Origin: Takakia lepidozioides
Lineage: Eukaryota; Plantae; Bryophyta
Assembly: GCA_030704615.1 (NCBI GenBank)
Contig: CM060731.1
Location: 90,768,001-90,832,000 of the forward strand
Direction of reading: 5' to 3'
DNA: 64,000 bases
Shown: positions 14,321 through 26,943 of the stretch, in pieces
Numbering within the stretch: position 1 is the first letter of the stretch
How the letters are laid out: each line of letters starts with the position of its first letter
Notes under the pieces: model-generated
What the model was told of the DNA's origin: nothing
Databases searched by the model: none
Seen by the model: only the letters and a program-made list of their open reading frames with translations
Position numbers and translations under genes: made by a program

Positions 14321-17300
14321 ACCCGGTGGCTCCAAATCTGGAATGGTTCCCAAAGTACCAGGGACATGTGGAGCTTCCCCAAACCGGACAAACTCTCTGA
14401 CCCCACATTCGACATGTGGATGAACCGCATGACATGGTGGTTTCAGGTACTTCCCCACGCTTCGTTTGGGGCTTCTACTCTAGTAGGGGGTGGATTCATT
14501 GTATTTTTTGAGGAAAGCGATCTGATGGACAATCTCCACAGGTGACGACGAATGTGCAAGAGCAGCTGGACACACAAGCACATCAGTTCAAGATGGAGAT
14601 ATCTCCTGCAGCAGAGAGCCTACGTGACTATGTGACGAGGTACTTTCTGCTCTACAAAACCAACCTATTCTTTCGGGAGATAGCAGATGCTCGCCGGAGC
14701 CACGAGTTCACCGACCAGCCGAACGCGGACAAAGCAGCAATGCGCCTTCTGTACAGGTACATACGCGCTGCCTTTCTTTCAAGTCCTGGCATTTCAGGAT
14801 GTTAGAGGCCTCAAGTGGTGTTAGGGAAATTGGCGCCGAATTTCCAGTCAGGGCTCCGAAAATGGCTAAGTCCCTAGACTGGCTGGCCCTGAACTGGAAA
14901 TTCGGCGCCATTTTCCAGTTCCAGGCCCTATTGCCGTTCAGGGACTTAGCCATTTTCGGCCTAAGTCCCTAGACTGGCTGGCCCTGAAGTGGAAATTCGG
15001 CACCATATTCCAGTTTTAGGCCCTATTGCCGTTCAGGGACTTAGCCATTTTCGGCCTAAGTCCCTAGTGTGGCTGGCCCGGAACTGGAAATTTGGCGCCG
15101 TTTTCCAGTTCTAGGCCCTATTGCCGTCCAGGGACAGCCATTTTCGGGCTAAGTCCCTAGACTGGCTGGCCCTGAACTGGAAATTCGGCGCCATTTTCCA
15201 GTTCCAGGCCCTATTGCCGTTCAAGGACTTAGCCATTTTCGGCCTAAGTCCCTAGACTGGCTGGCCCTGAAGTGGAAATTCGGCGCCATATTCCAGTTTT
15301 AGGCCCTATTGCCGTTCAGGGACTTAGCCATTTTCGGCCTAAGTCCCTAGTGTGGCTGGCCCGGAACTGGAAATTCGGCGCCGTTTTCCAGTTCTAGGCC
15401 CTATTGCCGTCCAGGGACTTAGCCATTTTCGGGCTAAGTCCCTAGACTGGCTGGCCCTGAACTGGAAATTCGGCGCCATTTTCCAGTTCCAGGCCCTATT
15501 GCCGTTCAGGGACTTAGCCATTTTCGGGCTAAGTCCCTAGACTGGCTGGCCCTGAAGTGGAAATTCGGCGCCATATTCCAGTTTTAGGCCCTATTGCCGT
15601 TCAGGGACTTAGCCATTTTCGGGCTAAGTCCCTAGACTGGGTGGCCCTGAACTGGAAATTCGGCGCCATTTTCCAGTTCCAGGCCGTATTGCCGTTCAGG
15701 GACTTAGCCATTTTCGGGCTAAGTCCCTAGACTGGGTGGCCCTGAAGTGGAAATTCGGCGCCATATTCCAGTTGTAGGCCCTATTGCCGTTCAGGGACTT
15801 AGCCATTTTCGGACCTCATTGTGTTTTTCATGAATGCAGGTACTGTAAGTTCTCCCTTTTGGAGAAAGGTCATCTGTCTTTCGAGCCACCATTCTTCCTG
15901 GCATGGAGGAACCCTGGGGCTGACTCCATGTACACTGACGATATTGTGAAGGAGTGGCATCTGGAACATTTGCGTGATTGCCCTTGGTATGTGGACCTTC
16001 CGCCCGGCTCGCTCGACCCATCTGAGTTTCAATTGAAGCTGGATGCTGAATTCCGACGAAACCAGGCTCCGCTGCCTCCGTTGGGTGCAAAAGAGGCAAA
16101 AGCGCTTGCGAACTCCAGGAAAGCGGCAGAGCTTGCTCAGGCAGGAATTCAGGAGAAATTGCATGAGAAGAGTAAAGGTCAAAGGAAAAGGACAAGGAAA
16201 CAGGTGACTGCAGTAACACCCAAAAAGAAGAAAACCATCGGGGCATCGGAGGAGGCGCAGGAGGGGACCCAAGAGAGTGACTCCGACGCCGATTTTGTTC
16301 AAGGTCCTGCGACTGCTGTTGCTCCTACCCAGTCACCGGTCGTCCGGGTTCCCAAGTCAGTTCGGAGTGGGACTGGCTCTGCCAAGAAGTTGGCATTTGA
16401 GGGCGAGCCTACATGGCGGTATTTGGCGGTGACGTTTACGCACAGGCCAAAGCTAGAACCTCCAACCATCATCCAATGCGTCAATGAGAGCTTCCTTGAC
16501 GCTCTCGCTGCCAGGGCGAAGAAGGTGGCACACAACAAGTCTCTGGCGGAGCAGAAGGGGAAAGCCAAGAAGAGGGCTGCCGGTACAGAGCCTAAAGACA
16601 CCCCTGGTTTTGAAGCCATGATGGAATTCTTCACGGCTGTGAGCACGAATTGCAAGAGCACTCGGGGGGGGGTTGAGGTGGAGAGAGCTTGCGACATGAT
16701 TCTCCTCGACATTCCAGATGGGGAGCTGCTGGAGGGCCTGGATGGTGTGCCCACCTGGAACAGGTTTACTGAGGACTACTGGAAAGCCGGGTTTGGGCTG
16801 GCGGGGATGCTTCTGGATGACGGTGGATGTGTGGTTGTCCTTGCCACGAGAGGGAAGACCACAGAGAATGCGGTGGCAAGGTGGACACCGAAAAGTGTCA
16901 CCCCAGTCCTCCTCAGAAAATGGTTCTGCATCAGTACGCAGGGGTTGCGAACAGAGGGCCAAAGTGTAAGTTATCAATCTATTGCATTCACTTCATATTG
17001 TGGTGTATGTTAAGTAGACCCTGGAATTGATCCCTTCTTTGTTGGATGTGCAGACATTGGTGTTTGAGGCATATTGCTTTGTGAAGAGAGGGTCTACGTT
17101 CAAATTCCGCAACGACGGTCGTCTTGTTGATGCCGCTGTGGACCCTGTAACCTACGATGTCCTCTACAACTATGTGCCCCACTCTAGTATGCCGAAGGAC
17201 ACAAAGACAGGCAAACCGTGGCGGTACAGCCGGACCCGGAGCCCTGCTTTCATCCAAACCCTCATGGAGACGTGCTCGGATGTCCAAGGGCGGATTCTGG

Positions 17301-17499
17301 ACCTCACATGCGGCACGGGTAAGCCTTCACGTGCTCAGTTTGTCCCCTGGCCCCATTGCAATTGCATGCCGCAAGCTATTAACTGCCCGCTTTGTTCCTC
17401 AGGTGCTTCAATGTGGGCAGGGACGTTGTCCGACAGGCATGTGTTCGCCTTCGAGCCAGATACTGCCCTCCACAACTCGGAACTTGCAGCGGCTTTGTT
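14321..17499 (+). pseudogene. Family B ParB-MTase gene, 3' exons in an inverted block (14321-14446, 14542-14756, 15840-~16964, ~17054-17318, ~17403-17499)
   Basis: TRWLQIWNG..., LFFRE, RYCKFSLLEKGHL...RDCPWYVDLPP, ACDMILLDIPDG, RSPAFIQTLMETCSDVQGRILDLTCGTG, GASMWAGTLSDRHVFAFEPD; each is homologous to a family A exon. Confidence 0.75.
14861..15810. repeat. Tandem array of about 10 x 95-bp units inside an intron, each with the near-palindrome actggaaattcggcgccattttccagt
   Basis: ggaaatt recurs at about 14896, 14991, 15086, 15179, 15274, 15369, 15464, 15559, 15654, 15749. Confidence 0.92.
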
Positions 17500-17512
17500 A
17501 AGAATGTATCAC

Positions 17513-19650
17513 CTTTTCTGTTGCATCCACACAGGATGTGGCTAGACGATGGAGCTTCTCCAATATCATCGTGGGCTTCAGAGCGCGAGAGTAGTGCTTC
17601 CCCACCTCCACCAGAAAGTCGGCACCAAGGGCGGGATCAGCTATGGCCACGTACTTTACCATCCGCGACTTGTACTTTATGCGGGCCCTCACCTCTGCAG
17701 CTTTGACATACGATTCGAGTTCCGGGAGGGTTGGATTCTTCTCCTCTGACTCCATGTAGAACCTCCGCGCATGTGCCAAATCCTGGTGTATTTTCGTCTG
17801 TCAAGAATGCGCACATAAGATTAGAGATCCTGCTCAACACAATTTCTTCTATTGGGGGAGGAGAGACAGATTAGCTCAACAAAACTGTCAGGAGCTTTAC
17901 CCGAAATATGTAGTCCACCATGGCGTCGACGCTCAGCCTATACCACGTTCTGTCTGCCTTTGCCTCCGACTTGCGCAGGAGGTCGGCACTGAGGGAATTG
18001 GCAAACTCTTGCACCCCCTGCTTCCCGACATCCTTCACTCGGAAGAGCATATGGGTCAAGTTGGTGGCAATGAAGGCATTCTCAGTCACCCTGCAGTGCC
18101 ACATTTCCATCAAACAATACTGAAATGGGAATTTTCATCATATATGAGGATTCGCAATGAAATGACTTCCAAATTCAAAGTCCAAAAGCGAGAGGGGTTG
18201 TAGCTTACGAGTTGATGTCGGCCATTGCAGCTTTGAGAAGACTGCGATCTTTGGGCCCCGCAACCTTCAGCACAACACAATCGACGGCGAAATGCCAATC
18301 GAGATCGTTGGGGTGGGCTTGGGCAATGTGCTCCATCCATGCCAGGAGGCGATGATTGCCGTCCCACACGTAGAACATCTTACCGGACATGTGCTGGAAA
18401 AGAGGATCACTAGCAATCGATCTCTCGAACTCCTCATTTCGCGTTTGCCAATGGGGACCCCATTTGTCCACCTCATCGGAAGTGTGGGCACGGGAAGCTC
18501 CGTGGTCGTTCTCAATGGAAACGTAAAAGGCGGCAGACCCCATTCGATATCCATCCCGGAGAGAGAATTTCAGCTTGTCGATATCGCCTGGGAGGGCAGG
18601 TCTCACCACCTGCAATGACACCAAGCGGCAAAGGGGAATTCGAAGCTTGGCCGGGTACACCATGCCCCCAACACCCTGCCAATGTTGCTGTGGGTTGCCT
18701 CCAACATCTTGGCAGCGGCCAACTTCATATCCGCCTCAGACATGACGTCTGCTGCATAGGGGTTTTCCGGTAGCCCACCAGGACCGCCAAATCCAGCCTG
18801 TATGCTCCGGGTTTGGGGCTTGGGGATGTCCGGGAGGATGTCATCCTGGTCAGAAACCTCCATGTCGTCCTCCTCAACAGGGTCAGCCACCTGCGAAACC
18901 ACCTCCAGCACTCTCGTCGTCTCTACTGCCCTCTCCCTGGCTTCACCTCGAACTTGCACAATCCGTGCTCTTTCAGGTGTTCTTTCCTCTCCTCCACTCT
19001 CCACCGTATGGGTAATTGCGGGGGCTGCTCTTGCCCGCGATGGTCTAACCGGTGTGCTACTGCCTCTCTGTGGTGTCTTGTAGGGATCCACTGTCTCTGT
19101 GGGTCCCTCGCTTACATTGACATCTGTCATTTGGGCACCCCTGGCCTCTTCAGCTGCCTTTTGTCTTTCCTCCTGGCTAGCATTCTGTCTCGTCTGTTCT
19201 TTTGCCCTCTCTTTTGCCCTCTCACGGGCTTTCTGTTTCTTACTAGGGCTAGCAGCAGGGGAGCCCTCCAGGACGACCACCTTTGATTGAGGCGAACTGA
19301 CACCCTCGCGCGCACTGCTCACTCCCCCCTCCGCAGCCCGTGACTGCTCTCTCGCCGGGATTGCATGTGCTTAGCTTTCTTCTTTTTCTTTGCGTGGGCG
19401 GGCCCTACTGCATGTGCATGAACAACCTCCATTGCCGGATCTGCTGTCCTCATGTCCTCACGCCCTTCACCTGCCATGCCGCCTGCACCAACCTCCCCAA
19501 TGCCTACTCTGTCGTAATCTCGTTGCAAGTCCTCCCGTCCACCAACAAAAGGTTTAAGTTTGCCCTCTCGCCCCAAGTTGGGCGATTCAAACATGCGATG
19601 AGTTGGAGCTGTCGATGATACCACCAGCGTGCCGGGCTCGTCGTCACTCT
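17513..19650 (-). pseudogene. Family B ParB-MTase gene, 5' part with the ParB/Srx-like domain (frameshifts near 19320 and 18663)
   Basis: LRIPLCRLVSLQVVRP...FYVWDGNHRLLAW; exons end at INS|gtaag, IFR|gtaaag and TEK|gtgata; a possible first exon lies near 20075. Confidence 0.72.
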
Positions 19651-20429
19651 GTCATTGACAAAAATCGTGAAACCAACATCGGTGCAAAAAGCAGCATCGC
19701 AACGAGCAGCGCAACCACCATAGCAACAATCATGTAGCAAAAATGAAAACATAACAAGTTTAGGAAGTATGGAGAGCCATGCAACAACAATGAAAACAAA
19801 TGCAACCATTGCCTAAGAATGACATGCACAAGCAGCCTTCTCCAGAGCTGCCGGATTTGCACAATCTAAGGTTCACTCAACTATCTAAAGTTCACTCATA
19901 CAGCAAAGCCAGGATGAAGATGCAAAAACAAAGCGAGGTCGGGTAACAAGCGAAAGCAAAAAATAAATCGAACAAACCGAAAGCAGAAGTGGCTTGCCTG
20001 AGAGTACTCGGCTTCAGTTGGCGCAGGTTGTGAGCAAGACACTGGAATCTCCTGCTGGAGCTTCAGTTTGGCCATAGCGATGCGCGATTGGCCGTCGTCC
20101 GTAGTACAGAGCTTTCAACTTCCGCCGCAGGTCTGGATGTGAGGTCTCTCTAAGGGAGGCCAAGCCCTTCAGGCGGCCTAGTAGTCCCAGCCAAAAAAGA
20201 TCTCTTTTTTGGGGTACATGCCTGGAATACCATGTTAAGCCAAGTTTAGCATGAGATTTAGGGTACGTGTCCAGGAAGCCATGCGTCGCCAGCCGAATAA
20301 TAACCGACGGCCGTCGACATTTATTGCCCAACTGCGCAATTAAATGTCGGATGAAGCCCTCCATGTCGGATGAAAATCGACGTAAACAGTCCCGGAATTT
20401 CCAACGTAGAGGTAATTCAGAGCGCTGCA

Positions 20430-21935
20430 CGATGGAATTCCGGCGCCGGATTTCCATCCTGCAAGTAATTCGGAGCGCAGCAGGATGGATATCCGGCGCC
20501 GAATTTCCATCCGCGGAGGAAGGGCGGCGCTGGAAATTTCCCTCACCCTCACGCAGGTAATTCGGAAGCGCGCGGATGGAAATCCGGCGACGAATTCTCC
20601 AGCCAGGTAGGGCGGCGATGGAAATGGAAATTCCCTCACGCAGGTAATTCGGAAGCGCGCGGATGGAAATCCGGCGACGAATTTCCATCCAGCCAGGTAG
20701 GGCGGCGCTGGAAATTTCCCTCACGCAGGTAATTCGGAAGCGCGCGGATGGAAATCCGGCGCCGAATTTCCATCCAGCCTGGTAGGGCGGCGCTGATGAA
20801 ATTTCCCTCAAGCAGGTAATTCGGAAGCGCTCGGATGGAAATCCGGCGCCGAATTTCCATCCGCGGAGATAGGGCGGCGCGCCGAATTTCCCTCACGCAG
20901 GTAATTCGGAAGCGCGCGGATGGAAATCCGGCGCCGAATTTCCATCAGCCAGGTAGGGCGGCGCTGGAAATTTCCATCACGCAGGTAATTCGGAAGCGCG
21001 CGGATGGAAATCCGGCGCCGAATTTCCATCCAGCCAGGTAGGGCGGCGCTGGAAATTTCCCTCAAGCAGGTAATTCGGAAGCGCTCGGATGGAAATCCGG
21101 CGCCGAATTTCCATCCGCGGAGGTAGGGCGGCGCGCCGAATTTCCCTCACGCAGGTAATTCGGCACCGAATTTCCATCATGCAGGTAATTCGAATACCGG
21201 AAGAATGGAAATTCGGCGCCGAATTTCCATCCTGCAGGTAATCGAATACCGGATGAATGGAAATTCGGCGCCGAATTTCCATCCAGCAGGTAAGTCGGAT
21301 CGGTGCCGTATGGATATTCGGCGCCGAATTTCCATTCGCCAAGTATTCTGAGCGAGGAATTACCTTCGTGCAGGTAATTCCCAGATGAGAATTACATTCC
21401 TGCAGGTAATTCGTCGATCAGAATTACCTTCGTGCAGGTAATTCTGGACGAGGAATTAACATCCTACCGGCATCGATTGGAATTACCTGCAGGAAGGTAA
21501 TTCTCATCTGGAAATTACCTGCACGAAGGTAATTCTTATCTGGGAATTACCTGCAGGAAGGTAATTCTGAGCGATGAAATACATGGCGAATGGAAATTCG
21601 GCGCCGAATATCCATACGCCACCGATCCGACTTACCTGCTGGATGGAAATTCGGCGCCGAATTTCCATTTATCCGGGATTCCACTTACTTGCTGGATGGA
21701 AATTCGGCGCCGAATTTCCATTCATCCGGGATTCGAATTACCTGCAGCATGGAAATTCGGCGCCGAATCTCCATCCATCCGAGATTCCACTTACCTGCTG
21801 GATGGAAATTCGACGCCGAATTTCCATTCATCCGGTATTCCACTTACCTGCAGGATGGAAATTCGGCGCCGAATCTCCATCCATCCGGGATTCCACTTAC
21901 CTGCTGGATGGAAATTCGGCGCCGAATTTCCATCC
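20430..21935. repeat. Two oppositely oriented arrays of the palindrome GGAAATTCGGCGCCGAATTTCC around an aattacct/aggtaatt-rich centre, between the divergent genes
   Basis: Perfect copy at 21259-21280; about 21255-21341 is the reverse complement of about 21584-21670. Confidence 0.9.
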
Positions 21936-22599
21936 GGGGATGGTCTCTGTCGGAGAGGTGCCGCCTCTCCGCCGCTCTGTTGGATATTCGGTGCCGAATT
22001 TCCGTCCCGGGGGTTGAAATATGACGGCCAGGTGCCGACCTCTCCCTTCTCCCCGACTGCATTGGAACGGCCCCGAATTGAAATTCGGCGCCGTTTTCCC
22101 ATCTGGGGAGGTTTTTATGTCGGCCAGTTTTCGGTCTGACCCCCCGACAAGACTTCCTTTGAGGGGGCCCGGATGGAAATTCGGCGCCGAATCTCCATCC
22201 AGGGGATGTTCTCTGTCGCACACTCACCGGCCTCTGCGCCCGAGGCGACTTCATCCGGGCTTCCTCTGTTGGATATTGGGTGCCGAATTTCCATTCGGGG
22301 GGGGTAGTAATGTGACGGCACGGTGCCGGCTTCTCCCCTTCAGCCGTCATCATCCGGACGGCCCCCCACTTTCTGACTGCATACCGTTGGCAGTTATTGC
22401 GCAAAGACCAGGGCCGCATTCCGGAGACAAGGTTCATTAACACTCTGACTGTGGATTTTTGAGATAGTTGGCTCCCTGGATTTGGATCAGGCTTCGTCGC
22501 TCGGACAAATCGGCATCGCATTCATTCCCATCGCTGCACCCCCTTCTACCAGGGAGCTTCCCCGCACGCCATCTTGGCAGTCTTGTGTGCACATCTCCC

Positions 22600-25500
22600 A
22601 TGGCGGAAAACCCGAGCGCTACAGTGTACTGCCTTCCTCACGAGCATAGAGCTTCATTTCCGTGCAGAGAGGACACCTGCCGGGTGATGGAGAAATATCT
22701 GTGCGTTCGATACCACCTGAAACCGGGGTCGGTTTTTTTGGAGGAGGAAAGGAAGGACTCAAACGGCCTTGTTGTCGAGAGTATTGTTGTGCTCCACGAT
22801 GATTTCGGCGATGGCAGGGAATGGCGAGTTCCACCATCGGACAGCGTCATATACAGGGCTGTTGGGGACTTCATTTGCCCGCCAAATGCACCGTCTATCC
22901 TGGCGCCTTCCACGAAACAATCCGCGAATCAGAGAGTGGGTACCTCAAAGAGAGAAGTCTGCAACGAAGTAAATCCAGAGCCGAACCCATCCATGAAGAC
23001 GACCGAGAACCGGGTTGTTCACAACCTGTCCGACTCAGACGAGGTCATCGAAGTTCCGAGGTCGTCCTGGAGATCAGGCAAGTCCTCAATGGACGTCAGT
23101 GGAGGAGGGAGTCATATTCCCAGCACGAGCACCGCAGTTCGATCTATTCTAGAAATTCTGCGAGGGCTTCACCTGGAAGGACACCGGTCGGAGCTGGCCG
23201 GGCTGGACTACAGCAAGTTCGCAATTAAATCGGTTACATGCCTTCCCGCCGACGTCGACGGTAATATCTTCTTTGAGTTCCCTCCTCGGGCGGACTACTC
23301 GAGGGCGTCCGGAATGTTGACAGATATGGATAGAAAACATGACGGTCATCCTTGGTGCGTTACCAAAACCACCAGCACGAAGATGCTTGATGGTGTGCGG
23401 GTGCGCTACGTTGTTTGAGCGAGCGCGTTGCGGTGTTTCTCCCCAACTTGCTTCCACTTTCAATCCAGAGGTCACAGGAACGAGACCGATTGGACAGGCA
23501 CAGCTCACCAACCATTTCGAGCTCAGGAGAAGGTTCCGAACTCCACATTTAAGTGTGCGCATTGCAAAGAACCACCACACTGCATGTCTGTTTGTAATGC
23601 CAAGCAGTTCTATGTGTTGCACCGTTTCCTTGACCTCACCCGAGCTTGCATACACGTTGGTTCCCATTGTCACAAATTGGCAAGGGGGAACTCGCGGGAG
23701 GCTGCCCACGAAGCAGAGCAGCTCGTTCAGGAGGAGGTTAAGTTGAGACCGGGTGCCAAACCCAAACAGATACAGCTCCAAGCCGCCCATAAGATGGCAT
23801 TGGCCAGAATTATGTCGGAAGACGGCTCCGATAGAGTTCTTCTCGACGAGAAGGAAATGGAGGCATTGCTGGAGTCGGTGTCCCACGTATGTTCACCGAA
23901 TGTCCGAAACCACATTGTCTCATGCAAACAGAAAATTGGGCGTGGCTCGGATATGCACTCCATTCTGGAGGTGAAGCGACGATGTGGATATGACTACATT
24001 CATGGAAGTAGGTTTCCAGGACAAGGGACTGAGGTAGATCGTTGTTTCGTATTCAAAATGTCCACGTGTGGACCTAGCAGTGGCGTCGAACTGGTCGACA
24101 GGATGACGAGTGGGAACTTGTCAAACAGTTGGGTCATGTTCGACCATATCAAGCGAATTACAAATCACCAGTGGGTGACAATGGGTGCACATGTCTACGA
24201 CACCCACTGCAGGATGCTAATGACAATTGCTATTTGTGAGATGAAAGGAGAGGACACACAATCGGAGATGCTTCTTTGGCAGGGAATAAACAAACAGATG
24301 GCCAAGGCGGGATTGCCCCCTCCCAATTTCCGTGGTTTCATGGCGGACAACGCACAAGCAAATTGGGCTGCCATCCAAAGGGTGTACGGGCAAGACCCCA
24401 ATGTTCCCATGGAAGGCAAGGAGAGATCTTGTGGGTTCCATTTTCTGCAGAGCCTTTCGCAGTACACAACCAGGCTCGTGGCGCCAGATTTCAGAGAGGA
24501 GCACCGTTCCATGTGCTTTGCGTGGAAGCGCGCTCCCACCTTGGATGATGCAGAGACACAGTTTGCATGCATACGGGCTTGGTGGACATCGTCAGGTGCT
24601 GTAAGGAAATCAGACGAAGGAGCAATGGTCAGTTGGCTAGCATGGTGGCATTATCGTTTCCTCCAGTTCGGCGACTATATGCGGGAGGTGAGTTGCACGA
24701 ATTCGCGTCCCGTTGGATATTATTCTTGGCCATATTTGTAACTTGCTTGTAACCTGAACATGTGCTTGTGCAGGAAATGTGTCTCGACTCCGACACCGAC
24801 ATGCCCACGACAAACATGGCCGAATCAGTGCACTCTTCCTGGCGTGCCTCCTCTGCGGCGCATCTGGTGGACATCCTCACTGCCACAACGGAGGACATTG
24901 TGAGGTCAATTATGCAGCAATGCAGGTACAACGAGTTCTTGAAAGGGAAACAGTGGGGCTTGGGGCCGGACAGGCGGGAAATGCTGATGCGGACTGCCTC
25001 CAGATCGAAGAATCCTCGGAAGTGGGCGGCGGCCTTGCGAGAGGGCCTTCGGGACACGCCATTGCTGCGAAGAGGCCAACATTTGGAAGGAGATGTTCAT
25101 ACCCGTCCAGTGAGACGAAGACTTGACGAGGCACCTGGCGGAGAAGAGGATTCATGGCGAGCTGACAAGAATATTCGCACGCTCCCTCGTGGTCCGGTGA
25201 TGTTGTCCGAGGAGGTCTCGTCGAGCACCGGAAGTCCTGCACGTTCAAGATCGCCATCTCCTTTGAGCACAGGGCGCGTGCCCCGGCAACATAACGAGCC
25301 ATCTGTAGTAAAGCAATACAACATTCCCATTGTGGAGACAAGAGTGTCGGAGTCACAGTGGAGAATTGCGAGGACATTGCCGGCATTTCGAGGGAAGTGT
25401 TGCGCCATCCGGGTGGATACGAGAGCACGCTGTGGTGAGATGATTCGGAGGAACCCACACGGTGCTGTACCTGCACCTTGTTTCAGCGGCAGATTTTTGA

Positions 25501-26192
25501 CTCCCACATTTGCTCACGCCACAACGCAGACATTTTGGTTCTGTAGGCACGACATAATGACCTGTGTATTTGGCAACCCCAAGTACGGGATTCAGGGAAT
25601 GCCGGAGCCTCCGGGCGTCTGGCCTGTTGCACCGGGTTGCAGCCTCTCTCAGAATGAGGCGGATGCTCTATCTGCAGCAGGATTTCGAATGGTGCAACGC
25701 ACAGACATCCCGGCCCACGCATTTCCGGTTCCTCAGACCCAGCCATTGCAAACTGCTCGGTCCAGTAGAGACGGATTGGACAATTCTGCACATCCCACAA
25801 TGCGATTCGGAAGAGTGAAGAGACGACACCCTCCCAACAAGTTGAATGAGACTCGGATTGCCAATGCTCTTGGGATGGCTTGCACTATTCAGAGCTCCGT
25901 GGACGTACCCCCACCCGGCCTTGGGCGTGTGTATCGGATGGCAACGGCCGGCTCGGCTGTACGCGACGATGTATACACAATTACGATTGGAGTGGAGCCG
26001 ACTTGCAACTGTACGGACTTCTCGTTGATGGAAGCAAAGAAGGGTTCGAAGTATTATCCGTGCAAGCATCTGTATTACATTTACCTGAAGAGGTTGAGGA
26101 TGAACGTGACTATTGATGACTTTATTCATGCACCGGCGTTGAGCGTGAACGAGCTGCACAAACTCCTCCTTAGGGATTCCAGAAATCATTGA
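22600..26192 (+). pseudogene. Mutator-like DDE transposase with C-terminal SWIM zinc finger, family B (stop/frameshift near 23418; intron about 24688-24773)
   Basis: VMFDHIKR (D1), GFMADNAQAN (D2), CGFH (CxxH), TNMAESVH (E), SWIM CNC...CKH. Confidence 0.8.
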
Positions 26193-26339
26193 TGGGGCAA
26201 ACGGAATCCTCCATATGGATATTTTCAAATGCATTTTGCTGTATCAGACTTTTTTTTTTGCAGTGTAATGAAATGCACCCCAAAACTCCTGGAATGAGGC
26301 AATATTCCATTCAAACTGAGATCCAACAGAAGCAGTTGT

Positions 26340-26943
26340 GGGGCCATTTCTGGAAAAATGGCGCCGAATTTCTCTTGTTGGGGCCGAAAACTCGCTAAGT
26401 CCCAACATGCACTGGTACCGTGTCTGGAAAAATGGTGCCGAATTTCTCTTTTTTGGGCCGAAAACTGGCTAAGTCCCAACATGCACTGGTACAGTGTCTG
26501 GAAAAATGGCGCCGAATTTCCCTATTTTGCGCCGAAAACTGGCTAAGTCCGAACATGCACTGGAAAAATGGCGCCGAATTACCTGTCATGAGGGGACCTA
26601 TAGCCGCGGAATTCGGCACCATTTTTCGCCAGAGAGACCTATTGCCGCGAAATACGTCGCCGTTACGGACCCTATTACCGCGAAATTCGGCGCCATATTT
26701 GCACATGTCGCTGGGAATTGGCATGAGCGGAAGACGAAATATCATGAGCACAACTGTCAAAAGTGCAATTTTCCCTTCAAGGGGCCGAATAATATATTTG
26801 TTTTTCCTGACACATTGCATTAAATTATTGTTTTTTTTTGTTTTTTATTTTCGAAATTTGTACTTCTGCTCATGAAAACCGATTGTGTTACTACTCTGCT
26901 CATGCCGCTCATGCCGCTCATGCTCATGAAATAGCAAACCTCC
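26340..26943. repeat. Family B right subterminal region: palindrome variants and gctcatg repeats
   Basis: ggaaaaatggYgccgaattt several times at 26352-26580; gctcatgccgctcatgccgctcatgctcatg near 26900. Confidence 0.8.

Larger units (their letters stand above)
14263..26943. mobile_element. Mutator-like family B element (left end deleted, internal inversion) inserted in the CACTA-2 transposase
   Basis: Interrupts the CACTA ORF after PNKLVKP (about 26944); same gene set as family A; right end has gctcatg repeats and a terminus resembling family A. Confidence 0.8.

Noticed and set aside
20014-22521. Many overlapping ORFs with MEIRRRISI repeats
   Set aside because: They are translations of the palindromic repeat arrays on both strands
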